From Gemmatimonadales bacterium (GTDB lineage: Bacteria; Gemmatimonadota; Gemmatimonadetes; Gemmatimonadales; GWC2-71-9), in NCBI GenBank assembly GCA_041577295.1, contig JBFGJG010000015.1:1-64000 (forward strand): a DNA stretch of 64,000 nucleotides, written 5' to 3'. The notes under the pieces were generated by a model, which worked only from the letters and a program-made list of their open reading frames with translations, did not search any database and was not told the DNA's origin. The position numbers and the translations under genes are program-made. This document shows, one piece after another, positions 40,783-49,348 of the stretch (position 1 is its first letter; each line of letters opens with the position of its first letter).

Positions 40783-41337
40783 ATGCGACGAGCTATGGCA
40801 CTACTCGCCGTGACAACACTGGCAAGCGGATGTGGATACAATCGTATCCAAACTCTCGATGAACAGGTCAACGGTTACGAGAGCCAAATCGAAGTCCAGC
40901 TACAGCGAAGGTACGACCTGATACCCAATCTGGTGGAAACCGTGAAGGGGTTCGCAGCACAGGAGCGTGAGGTGATTGGGCAGGTGACCGAGGCGAGAGC
41001 TCGGCTGGGTGGCGCGATTCAGTCGGGTGATGTCGGACAAATGGCCGCGGCGAACGAAGGGCTGACATCGGCCCTGAGCCGGCTCCTCGTGATCGTGGAG
41101 AACTATCCTGAGCTGCGATCGAACGAGAACTTCCGCATGCTGCAAGACCAGCTCGAAGGGACCGAAAACCGGATCGCGACGGCCCGTCGGGACTACAACG
41201 CGGCCGTCCAGACGTACAACGCCTATATCCGGCGTTTCCCACAGGTCTTGACCGCGAAGGTCGTCGGCGCCGACTCGCGAACGTATTTTGAAGTCGAAAG
41301 CGAGGCCGCGCGCCAAGCTCCTACGGTCGACTTCTGA
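40783..41337 (+). CDS. lemA: LemA family protein (lipoprotein-like N-terminus)
   Basis: SGCGYN, QRRYDLIPNLV, ENYPELRS and LEGTENRI..ARRDYN; start 40783 (GGAG RBS) or 40765. Confidence 0.93.
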   Translation: MRRAMALLAVTTLASGCGYNRIQTLDEQVNGYESQIEVQLQRRYDLIPNLVETVKGFAAQEREVIGQVTEARARLGGAIQSGDVGQMAAANEGLTSALSRLLVIVENYPELRSNENFRMLQDQLEGTENRIATARRDYNAAVQTYNAYIRRFPQVLTAKVVGADSRTYFEVESEAARQAPTVDF

Positions 41338-41419
41338 GCAGCGGCGGTCCTCGTGGCCAGGCCGCTTGCTGGCGCATCTCCGTACCGCACATGATATTGG
41401 GGAAACTCACCCCAAACAC

Positions 41420-42685
41420 GTGCGATCCCAGCTTGCGCCCGACCGCCATATCACGAGTGGCGGCGCTTCATTGGAGGCTCTCACCCGACGGTATATGATC
41501 GCCCTGCTGATCGTCGGGGCTCTAGCCGTTGCCAAACATCTCGCTGAATACGAGCTCCAGCGCGCCGAGGCCGATCAGGCGGCGCTGATCAACAGCGTCG
41601 GACGCCAGCGCATGCGCCTCCAGCGATCCATCGTGTTGTTGCAGCAGATGTCTGTGGCTACCACCACCCGCGAGCGCGACTCACTCGCGGTTCTCATCGA
41701 GCTGACGCTCGACGATTTGGAAAGCTCGCACCAATTGCTGCTCCACGCTGCTGATGACACGACGGTCACGGTCGCCCCAGACAGCCGCGTCATGGGCATT
41801 TACTTTTCCTCCCCCGGACAGCTCGACGAGCGGCTTCACACCTACATCGATTCGTTGCGGGAGTACGTCCAAAGCGACGAACCGGTCTCGGCAAGAGACG
41901 AAACATTGCGAGAGCTTGCCGCAGCAGCGGCTCAGATGGCGTCTTTGCAGGACCTTTCCGTGGACACGCTGGTCGCCGAGCACGAATCGAGTCTGGAGCG
42001 GGCGCGGATCGTGGGTTTGGCGTTGTTGGTAGCACTGCTTGCCGCACTGGTGTTGGTTGGTGCTTTCATCTTCGAGCCGATGGTCAAGCACATTCGCCGA
42101 GAAGCACGGCTTCTGGAAGAAGCCAACGCGCAGCTCAAACGCCTCTCCTTTCTGGACGGCCTCACCTCGATCCCAAACCGCCGCGCGTTCGAGGAACGCT
42201 TTCAACTGGAGTGGCGCAGAGCCCAGCGCCATTCGTCGCCAATCGCGATCTTGATGATCGACATCGATCACTTCAAGGAGTACAACGACCATTACGGTCA
42301 CCAGCGGGGCGACGACTGTCTCACACAGTTGGCGCAGCGGCTCCGCAACTCCGTGAGCCGGCCCGGTGACTTCGTCGCGCGTTACGGCGGCGAGGAGTTC
42401 GCCATCATCTTGCCCGACACGGATCTGGCTGGGGCAACCGCCGTAGCCGAGAGCCTCCGGCGTCGAGTTGCGGGGCTACGACTCCCGCACGCTGCGTCTC
42501 CGGTACAGAACGTGGTCACGATCAGCGTTGGTGTGGCGTCCGTCATCCCCGATCCTGCGTCGCCGGTGCCGGTTGCGGCGGCCGACCACGCGTTGTATCG
42601 GGCGAAGCAGCTCGGGAGGAACCGTGTCGAAGTGGCGGGGGAACTTCCAACAGAAATGGATCGTGCCGTGCAGAACGTGGAGTAG
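41420..42685 (+). CDS. Diguanylate cyclase with PilJ/NarX-type periplasmic sensor
   Basis: TM, INSVGRQRMRLQR (P-box-like), TM, then DGLT.IPNRR, RPGD I-site and GGEEF. Start uncertain (41420 or 41495). Confidence 0.88.
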   Translation: MRSQLAPDRHITSGGASLEALTRRYMIALLIVGALAVAKHLAEYELQRAEADQAALINSVGRQRMRLQRSIVLLQQMSVATTTRERDSLAVLIELTLDDLESSHQLLLHAADDTTVTVAPDSRVMGIYFSSPGQLDERLHTYIDSLREYVQSDEPVSARDETLRELAAAAAQMASLQDLSVDTLVAEHESSLERARIVGLALLVALLAALVLVGAFIFEPMVKHIRREARLLEEANAQLKRLSFLDGLTSIPNRRAFEERFQLEWRRAQRHSSPIAILMIDIDHFKEYNDHYGHQRGDDCLTQLAQRLRNSVSRPGDFVARYGGEEFAIILPDTDLAGATAVAESLRRRVAGLRLPHAASPVQNVVTISVGVASVIPDPASPVPVAAADHALYRAKQLGRNRVEVAGELPTEMDRAVQNVE

Positions 42686-42697
42686 CGGACCGCGTTG

Positions 42698-43231
42698 CTA
42701 GAGCATTCGCTGCCGCAGACTGACCAGCTTCCGGCGTACCGACCCATCCATAATCCGATCCCCCACTCGAACGATGACGCCGCCCAAGATCGAGGGATCC
42801 GTGCGGAAGTGCGGGAGGATCTCTTTTCCAATAACCGCGGAAAGACGCTGACGGATCACTTCTTGTAGCTCGTGATCGGGTTCACGTGCCACGGTGACAC
42901 CTGCGTGCACCCGATTGAACTTCTCATCTACTAGTCCCGAAAACTGCTCGGCAATGGCCGGAAGCAACGCTTGTCGCCCGCGTTTGACCACGGCGCCAAG
43001 GAAGCGGACGAACCCTTCCGGCGCTCGGTCCTCGAGCGCCCGTCGGAAGATCTCCTGCTTTGTGGGCTTCGGCACCCGCGGCGAGTCGAGCATCGCACGA
43101 ATCTGCGGATCCACCAGGATCGCTTGGGCGAGACCGTCCATCAGCGCCTGAAAGTGCTCGGTCTCGCCCGTGCGCTCGCCCAGATCGAACAACGCCTCGG
43201 CGTAGTTGCGCGCGATCGTTGACTCTCTCAC
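42698..43231 (-). CDS. atpH: ATP synthase F1 delta subunit
   Basis: IARNYAEALF and DPSILGG.IVRVGD..MDGSV. Confidence 0.95.
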   Translation of the reverse strand: MRESTIARNYAEALFDLGERTGETEHFQALMDGLAQAILVDPQIRAMLDSPRVPKPTKQEIFRRALEDRAPEGFVRFLGAVVKRGRQALLPAIAEQFSGLVDEKFNRVHAGVTVAREPDHELQEVIRQRLSAVIGKEILPHFRTDPSILGGVIVRVGDRIMDGSVRRKLVSLRQRML

Positions 43232-43794
43232 CCGCCCCTCCCGAGCGAACCGAGGTAGTCCTCCACGATCCGCCGGTCGGCGTCGCTATCGAGCCTCTGC
43301 TGGATCAGCTTGGAAGCTGCCGCGAGTGAAAGGTCCACCGCCTCTTTGCGGAGCTCCGCCACAGCACGTTCGCGCTCCGCAGAGATCTCTCGCTTGGCAC
43401 GCTCGAGGATCTGATCTTGCTCTTCACGCGTCTTGGACAACAGCTGTTCGCGCTCGCGTTGTGCAAGCGTCTTCGCCTCGTTGATGAGCCCCTGGGCCTC
43501 ATCCTTGGCCTTGGCGAGCAGAGAACGGTGCTCCCCCAAGGCCGCCTTGGCCTCGGCGTTCATCTTGTCCGACTCCTCCAGCTGACGCGCTATGCGCCGC
43601 TCCCGCTCTTCGGTGGCGCGAACGATTGGAGGCCACGCGAAGCGCTTGAGCACGAGGAACAGCAAAATGAAGACGACCCACGTCCAAAAGAACAGGCCAA
43701 AGTTCACCTCGAACGGCGAGCTGAACCCCTCGGCCGCACCGTGAGCCTCCTCCTGAAACATCAGCAAAGCCGCGTGCATCGTAGACACCGTCAC
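43228..43794 (-). CDS. atpF: ATP synthase F0 b subunit
   Basis: GLFFWT..F..L..VL..FAW.PI followed by a long coiled coil. Confidence 0.95.
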   Translation of the reverse strand: MTVSTMHAALLMFQEEAHGAAEGFSSPFEVNFGLFFWTWVVFILLFLVLKRFAWPPIVRATEERERRIARQLEESDKMNAEAKAALGEHRSLLAKAKDEAQGLINEAKTLAQREREQLLSKTREEQDQILERAKREISAERERAVAELRKEAVDLSLAAASKLIQQRLDSDADRRIVEDYLGSLGRGG

Positions 43795-44075
43795 TATTCA
43801 ATCAGCTTGAAGAGCAGTGCGAACACGAGCGCGATGATCGTCGCGCCTTCCAACAGCACCGCGATCAAGATCGCAATGCCGCGAATGTCCGCACCGGCTT
43901 CAGGCTGGCGGGCGATCGCCTCGGCCGCCTGACCGCCAATGCGTCCCAGTCCGATTCCGGCGCCGATGATGGCGAGCCCGATGCCGAGACCAGCACCGAG
44001 CAGCGAGTTCATGTTCTTGGCGGCTTCCGCCGTCAACTCAGCGGTAGCCTGTAACGTTGCCAGAACCTGTAACAT
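43794..44075 (-). CDS. atpE: ATP synthase F0 c subunit
   Basis: GxGxGxG stripe, ARQPE loop and conserved Glu in LLEGA. Confidence 0.96.
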   Translation of the reverse strand: MLQVLATLQATAELTAEAAKNMNSLLGAGLGIGLAIIGAGIGLGRIGGQAAEAIARQPEAGADIRGIAILIAVLLEGATIIALVFALLFKLIE

Positions 44076-44310
44076 GAGTTGGGTTCCTCATCGTTATGGG
44101 AGATTCCAGTTGCTGCGCGTTCCCCGCATCGGCCTCCGCTTCTCCCGAACGAAAGCCTCCGCGGCGACCCGCCAACGGTCCATTGGACCAGCGAGTTTTC
44201 CCAGCCGCCCGGCTGGGTACGAGCGGCAGCCGCATCGGAACGCTGAGACGGCCACCGAACTGCCACTGCGTGCTGCGGAGGACCGCGCCTCCGTCAGCCG
44301 ATTGACAAGA

Positions 44311-45213
44311 TCAATGCTCGTGCTGCATCAGCCCTATGAAGACCGCCGTGAGCAAGGCGAACACGTACGCTTGCAAAAACGCGACGAAGATCTCGAGCAT
44401 CATGATGCCGAGGATAAGCCCTGCCGTCAGGAAACCGATGCCCCAATTCCAACCGTCCAGATGACCGAACAGAAAAATCAGCCCCAGCAGCGACAGAATC
44501 ACGAAGTGCCCGGCTGTCATGTTGCCAAACAATCGTACGGCCAACGCGAACGGCTTGACGAACTTGCCGACGACTTCGATGGGCGCCATGGCAAGCGAAA
44601 TGGCAGCGGCTCCCGCGCCTGACATGCCGGGCACCCGTGGAAAGATGGTACGCAGGTACCCACCTGGGCCCAGCTTCATCAGACCACTTATCTCGATAAC
44701 GAAGAACGCTGTGACTGCTAGGGCTCCCGTCACCGCTATGTTGCCGGTGGCCGTGGCACCATGGGGGATCAGCCCCAGCAGATTGGCGTAGAGAATGAAA
44801 AAAAAGAGGGTCATGATGTAGGGTGCGAACCGCGCCCCATCGTGACCGATATTCGCAATGGCGATGTCGTTGCGGACAAACAGCACAATGGCTTCCAGAG
44901 CGTTCGCCACGCCACTTGGTGCCTTCTCACCCGCACGTTGCTGCTCGAGTCGCCTGCCGGTCCACCACATCGTGAAAAAGACGAGTGCCGCCGTGATGAA
45001 CAGAAACACCACGTGCTTTGTTGGTGTGAGATTGATCGTCAGTGGCCCGAGGTGGATATCCGGAAGGAACTTGCCCCAGTGCAGCGAGAGATAATGATCG
45101 ATAGCGGGAATCCCGGTCTCGATCCCGAATGCATAGGCATCGGCGGTATGGTGTAAGACCACGTCACCGATGTTGGGGCCCTCTTCTTGGGCAACTTCCG
45201 ACAGCGCCCTCAT
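44311..45213 (-). CDS. atpB: ATP synthase F0 a subunit
   Basis: NLLGLIP, TGNI.VT, KPFALAVRLFGNMTAGH and LQAYVF. Confidence 0.96.
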   Translation of the reverse strand: MRALSEVAQEEGPNIGDVVLHHTADAYAFGIETGIPAIDHYLSLHWGKFLPDIHLGPLTINLTPTKHVVFLFITAALVFFTMWWTGRRLEQQRAGEKAPSGVANALEAIVLFVRNDIAIANIGHDGARFAPYIMTLFFFILYANLLGLIPHGATATGNIAVTGALAVTAFFVIEISGLMKLGPGGYLRTIFPRVPGMSGAGAAAISLAMAPIEVVGKFVKPFALAVRLFGNMTAGHFVILSLLGLIFLFGHLDGWNWGIGFLTAGLILGIMMLEIFVAFLQAYVFALLTAVFIGLMQHEH

Positions 45214-45554
45214 CGTAGATACCGAGTCTCCATCACGAGCAGAGGCAAGAGTACGCCCAGGTAGCCGAATGCCGTGGGCAACGGCGGAAAATCATCGCGC
45301 GCAATGGCAGAAGCGAGCGCGAACACGACCACCCCTCCCAAACGCAAGCCCATACCGATTCCCCAGCGCGCCATGAGCTTCCCAAATGGCTGTGCCAGCG
45401 CCGGCATGACCACTCGCAACGCGACAGCCTGTATAGCCGTTGCCAGGAGACCAAACGTCACTCCTGGCAGGACCGCTGCTCTGCCCCACGCCAGCCATAG
45501 GACGGCGGTCACGAGCACGGTGAGCCCGACGCCCCAAGCAACCATCCGGCTCAT
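45210..45554 (-). CDS. AtpI-like membrane protein
   Basis: 4 TM helices; ATGA overlaps with both neighbours; directly upstream of atpB. Confidence 0.72.
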   Translation of the reverse strand: MSRMVAWGVGLTVLVTAVLWLAWGRAAVLPGVTFGLLATAIQAVALRVVMPALAQPFGKLMARWGIGMGLRLGGVVVFALASAIARDDFPPLPTAFGYLGVLLPLLVMETRYLR

Positions 45555-45802
45555 CGCTTGGCCGCTCGCCGGCGTCGATCCGCTTCGGTCTCCGCCCGAA
45601 GTTTCAGGTAAACCCATACGAAACTCAGGGTTGCACCGACCAGTGTTCCAATAATCGTAAAGAGGGGTGTGACCCCAAGCCACCGATCGAGGAACCAGCC
45701 GGCCGCCAGGAAGAGGACGATGCCGCCGGCAAACGTGCAGCCGAGCGCGACATGTGTGTATCCGACCCCGACATCGCGGGCCGGGGTGGGCTCCGGCTCC
45801 AT
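45551..45802 (-). CDS. AtpZ/AtpI family (ATPase gene 1) protein
   Basis: GWFLDRWLG..P.F.I.G signature; first gene of the atp cluster. Confidence 0.85.
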   Translation of the reverse strand: MEPEPTPARDVGVGYTHVALGCTFAGGIVLFLAAGWFLDRWLGVTPLFTIIGTLVGATLSFVWVYLKLRAETEADRRRRAAKR

Positions 45803-45822
45803 AGGCGACCGAAATGTACCCC

Positions 45823-45840
45823 TTGTGAAAAATTTCGCAA
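45823..45840. promoter_or_regulatory. Rex-like operator upstream of the atp operon
   Basis: TTGTGAA-AAAT-TTCGCAA, one mismatch from the Rex consensus TTGTGAA-N4-TTCACAA, 20 nt upstream of the AtpZ-like start. Confidence 0.65.
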
Positions 45841-45994
45841 GCAACCCTAACCTGGCGTCCGGCCAGGGGTTGGCGCTAGGAATCGACGCGCTCCCGTCAT
45901 AGATTCAGCGGAACCAAGAACCGCGCGTGGGCGTCGGGCTCCACCCCAATACCTACGTCTCGTCAGGGTCCGCTCTGACAAGTGGGAGGCTAGC

Positions 45995-47011
45995 GTGCAG
46001 GCAGACCCCGCAAGGGTTGAAGATCGCGATGTCCAGCTATTGAGGCGCCTCGCCGGTGCCAAGGCGCAGCTCCTCGAGCAGATCCGCCACCGTATCGTTG
46101 GCCAGAGCGAGGTGCTCGATGGGATCCTCACCGCGATCGTCTCCGGTGGGCACGCGTTGCTCGTCGGCGTGCCGGGCCTGGCGAAAACGCTGATGGTATC
46201 GACCGTGGCAGAGGCGCTCCGGCTCAAGTTCGCGCGGATCCAGTTCACGCCCGATCTCATGCCGAGCGACATCACCGGGACCGAGATCATCGAAGAAGAT
46301 CGCACGACCGGAAAGCGCGCATTTCGGTTCGTCCACGGCCCCGTGTTTGCAAACGTCGTCTTGGCGGATGAGATCAACCGCGCTCCACCCAAGACACAAG
46401 CCGCGTTGCTCCAGGCCATGCAGGAGCACGACGTGACCGCTGCCGGACAGACGTTTCACCTGCCGGAGCCGTTCTTCGTCTTGGCCACGCAAAACCCAAT
46501 CGAGCAAGAGGGAACGTATCCGCTTCCGGAGGCGCAGCTCGACCGTTTCATGTTCGAGCTCCGTGTGCAGTATCCTAGCCGCGACGATGAGGAACGGATT
46601 GTCGAAGAGACGACGAGCGACGAGGAGCATCCCGTGCACGCCGTGCTCGAGTCCAAGGAAATCCAACAGATACAACATCTCGTGCGGCGTATTCCGGCAC
46701 CCCGGCCCATCGTCAGGGCGGCCGTGGCACTCGCTCGAATGACCCGGCCAGCCGAAGCAGAGGCTCCGACATTCATTAAGGAGTACGTCAGCTGGGGAGC
46801 GGGACCGCGAGCATCCCAGTACCTGGTGTTGGGAGCCAAGGCGCGAGCGGCGCTCGATGGGCGGCCCATGGCCGACTTGGACGACGTGGCTGACGTCGCG
46901 TTGTCGGTGTTGCGGCACCGGGTCGTGGTCAGCTTTGCCGCCGAGGCCGCGGGGCGGACGGCCTCGGACATCTGTCGGCAGCTGATCGAGGAAAAGGTTT
47001 GGATGGCGTGA
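45995..47011 (+). CDS. MoxR family AAA+ ATPase
   Basis: GVPGLAKT, RIQFTPDLMPSD, DEINRAPPKTQ and TQNPIEQEGTYPLPEAQLDRF. Confidence 0.96.
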   Translation: MQADPARVEDRDVQLLRRLAGAKAQLLEQIRHRIVGQSEVLDGILTAIVSGGHALLVGVPGLAKTLMVSTVAEALRLKFARIQFTPDLMPSDITGTEIIEEDRTTGKRAFRFVHGPVFANVVLADEINRAPPKTQAALLQAMQEHDVTAAGQTFHLPEPFFVLATQNPIEQEGTYPLPEAQLDRFMFELRVQYPSRDDEERIVEETTSDEEHPVHAVLESKEIQQIQHLVRRIPAPRPIVRAAVALARMTRPAEAEAPTFIKEYVSWGAGPRASQYLVLGAKARAALDGRPMADLDDVADVALSVLRHRVVVSFAAEAAGRTASDICRQLIEEKVWMA

Positions 47012-47024
47012 TCGCCTCGCCATC

Positions 47025-47732
47025 GTGAAGCCCATTCTTCTCCGAATTCCGCGTTTCGAACAGCCGGACGATGTTACCTGTGGGCCGACTTGTCTCGCGA
47101 AGGTTTATAGCTATTACGGGTACGAGAAGGATCTCGACGATATCATCGCGGAGACGCCACGGAATCCGGACGGTGGCACGTTGGCAGTGAATCTGGGAAT
47201 CAGCGCGCTCAAAAATGGCTTTCGCCCGGCCATCTATCCCTTTGGCCTGAGAATCTTCGATCCCAGCTGGTGGCATTTGTCTCGTCGCGCGCTGATTCGG
47301 AAGCTCGAAGCGCGGTACACGGCTGTGCGGTCGAAGCGGCAGCGGCGGGCGGTCGCCGCATTTATCGGGTACTTGAACCTGGGCGGGCGGCTGACGTTTC
47401 GTGAGCCGAGCAAGAAACTGCTCGTGGGAATTTTGAAAGCCGGAGATCCGATCCTCACGGGTTTGAGCGCCAGCTACCTGTACGGGACAAAGCGCGAGCG
47501 TGACGACCGGTACGATGACGTCGGAGGTGAACCTGCCGGCCACTTCGTCGTCATCGCAGGCTACTACCCCAAGAGCGATCGCTTCGTGGTGGCAGATCCC
47601 TTTACCAAGGTGCCAATGAGTAAGAGCGGCCGATATTCAGTCGGCGCAGAGCGCCTGATTGCGGCTATCCTTCTTGGCGACGTCACCTACGACGCCAACT
47701 TGCTGGTCGTGGGAGAGCGGGGCCGCCGATGA
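47025..47732 (+). CDS. Papain-fold (C39-like) cysteine peptidase
   Basis: QPDDVTCGPTCL (Gln/Cys), GHFVV (His) and VADP (Asp). Confidence 0.85.
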   Translation: MKPILLRIPRFEQPDDVTCGPTCLAKVYSYYGYEKDLDDIIAETPRNPDGGTLAVNLGISALKNGFRPAIYPFGLRIFDPSWWHLSRRALIRKLEARYTAVRSKRQRRAVAAFIGYLNLGGRLTFREPSKKLLVGILKAGDPILTGLSASYLYGTKRERDDRYDDVGGEPAGHFVVIAGYYPKSDRFVVADPFTKVPMSKSGRYSVGAERLIAAILLGDVTYDANLLVVGERGRR

Positions 47733-49348
47733 GCGAGGAGGGTGCGAGACGCAAACGCCTCCGCTACATGGTGGTCACGGATCTTCCCTTCCCGACCGCC
47801 CTCGCGGGGATTCCCTGCCGCACAGCCGATGAGTACTTCGCCGGAGGTGGCGACACGTTGGACGACGGGTTGACCGTGGTCAACCTGTGCCGTTCCTACG
47901 ACTACCTCTCGAAGGGCTATTACGTCTCGCTGCTCGCCGAGGCCCGACACCAACGGGTTCTGCCGACGCTGGCGGTGATCGAGGCGATTCACGATCCGTT
48001 CGTGTATTTCCGTGCCTTGGAAGAAGCGGGAATCGATACCATCGATTATCGCATCGTCCGTGGCGGACGGCGGCTGTTACCGAAGGTAATCCTTCCAGAA
48101 CGGGATCCGGAGGAGACCCAACAGCGGACGCGGGCTCCCCTCACGCGGGAAATCGAAGGCGACACGGTGCGATACGAGCACGGCGCTCACCAGTACGCCG
48201 AGACGACTGCCGTGCTCGGAAAAACGCTCGACGAGCGGTTCCGCCGGCAGTGTGCGGCGGTGTTCAAGGTCTATGCAGTTCCGGTGCTGCGTCTGCGGAT
48301 GTATCGAGAACCGGAAGACGACACGTGGCAGGTGGGACAGATCTTTCCCACGAGCTTGGGCCAACTCGGTCCGGCGGAGCTGCAGTTATTGGCCACCGAG
48401 CTCAGCAAGGAACGCTTGCGTCGAGCGACACGAAGCCCGGTCGTTCGCCGTCCGTATCGGATCGCTTGCCTGTGGGACGAGCGCGATCCCTTTGCACCAT
48501 CGGACGAAGGCACCTTGGAACGGTTCGAACGGGCCGCGGAGAAGCAGGATACCTTATTTGAGGTCATCGGCAAAGAAGACCTCGTGTCGCTGGCGGAGTA
48601 CGATGCACTGTTCATTCGCACGGTGACCGGCGTCAATCACTATGCCTTCACATTTGCCCACACCGCCGAAAGCCTTGGTATTCCGGTCATCGACGACACG
48701 CAGTCGATTATTCGATGCTCGAACAAGGTCTTTCTCCACGAGCTCTTCGAGAAGAACCGGATTGCGACACCCCGCACCGAGATGATCACCCAGCGAACCA
48801 CACCGGACGAGCTAAGAGAGATCGGCTTTCCCATGATCATCAAGCTGCCGGATGGGACTTTCTCCCACGCCGTGAAAAAGGTCGCGGATCCCGGTGAGCT
48901 CGAAGCGTTGTGTCAAGACATGTTTCGCAAGTCGCCGCTCCTGATCGCGCAGGAGTTTACGCCAACGCGGTTCGATTGGCGTATCGGGGTGCTCGAGGGT
49001 CGGCTGCTGTTTGCTGCCAAATACCATATGGTCAAGGACCATTGGCAGATCGTGGGTCGGTGGAAAACAGGGCGGGTCCGTTACGGACGTGTCGAAGCGG
49101 TTCCCCTCAGCGAGGTCCCGGAACCCGTGCGTGCACTGGCGATGGAGGCGGCGGTATTGATCGGTAACGGACTCTACGGGGTCGACATCAAAGACGTGGA
49201 TGGCCGCCCCATGGTCATCGAAGTGAACGACAACCCCAACCTCGTCGAGGGTGACGAAGACGCCATCGAAAAGGATCGGATCTACGACGCGATCATCGCA
49301 GCGTTGCTGCGCCGCATTCAAGAAACGGCCGAGTCGAGAGTTTCCTGA
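47729..49348 (+). CDS. RimK-like ATP-grasp ligase with N-terminal RLAN domain
   Basis: VVNLCRSYDYLSKGYYVSLLAEAR (RLAN); NK, IIKLPDG.FS, QEF..T.FDWR and GVDIK...IEVNDNP. Confidence 0.9.
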   Translation: MSEEGARRKRLRYMVVTDLPFPTALAGIPCRTADEYFAGGGDTLDDGLTVVNLCRSYDYLSKGYYVSLLAEARHQRVLPTLAVIEAIHDPFVYFRALEEAGIDTIDYRIVRGGRRLLPKVILPERDPEETQQRTRAPLTREIEGDTVRYEHGAHQYAETTAVLGKTLDERFRRQCAAVFKVYAVPVLRLRMYREPEDDTWQVGQIFPTSLGQLGPAELQLLATELSKERLRRATRSPVVRRPYRIACLWDERDPFAPSDEGTLERFERAAEKQDTLFEVIGKEDLVSLAEYDALFIRTVTGVNHYAFTFAHTAESLGIPVIDDTQSIIRCSNKVFLHELFEKNRIATPRTEMITQRTTPDELREIGFPMIIKLPDGTFSHAVKKVADPGELEALCQDMFRKSPLLIAQEFTPTRFDWRIGVLEGRLLFAAKYHMVKDHWQIVGRWKTGRVRYGRVEAVPLSEVPEPVRALAMEAAVLIGNGLYGVDIKDVDGRPMVIEVNDNPNLVEGDEDAIEKDRIYDAIIAALLRRIQETAESRVS

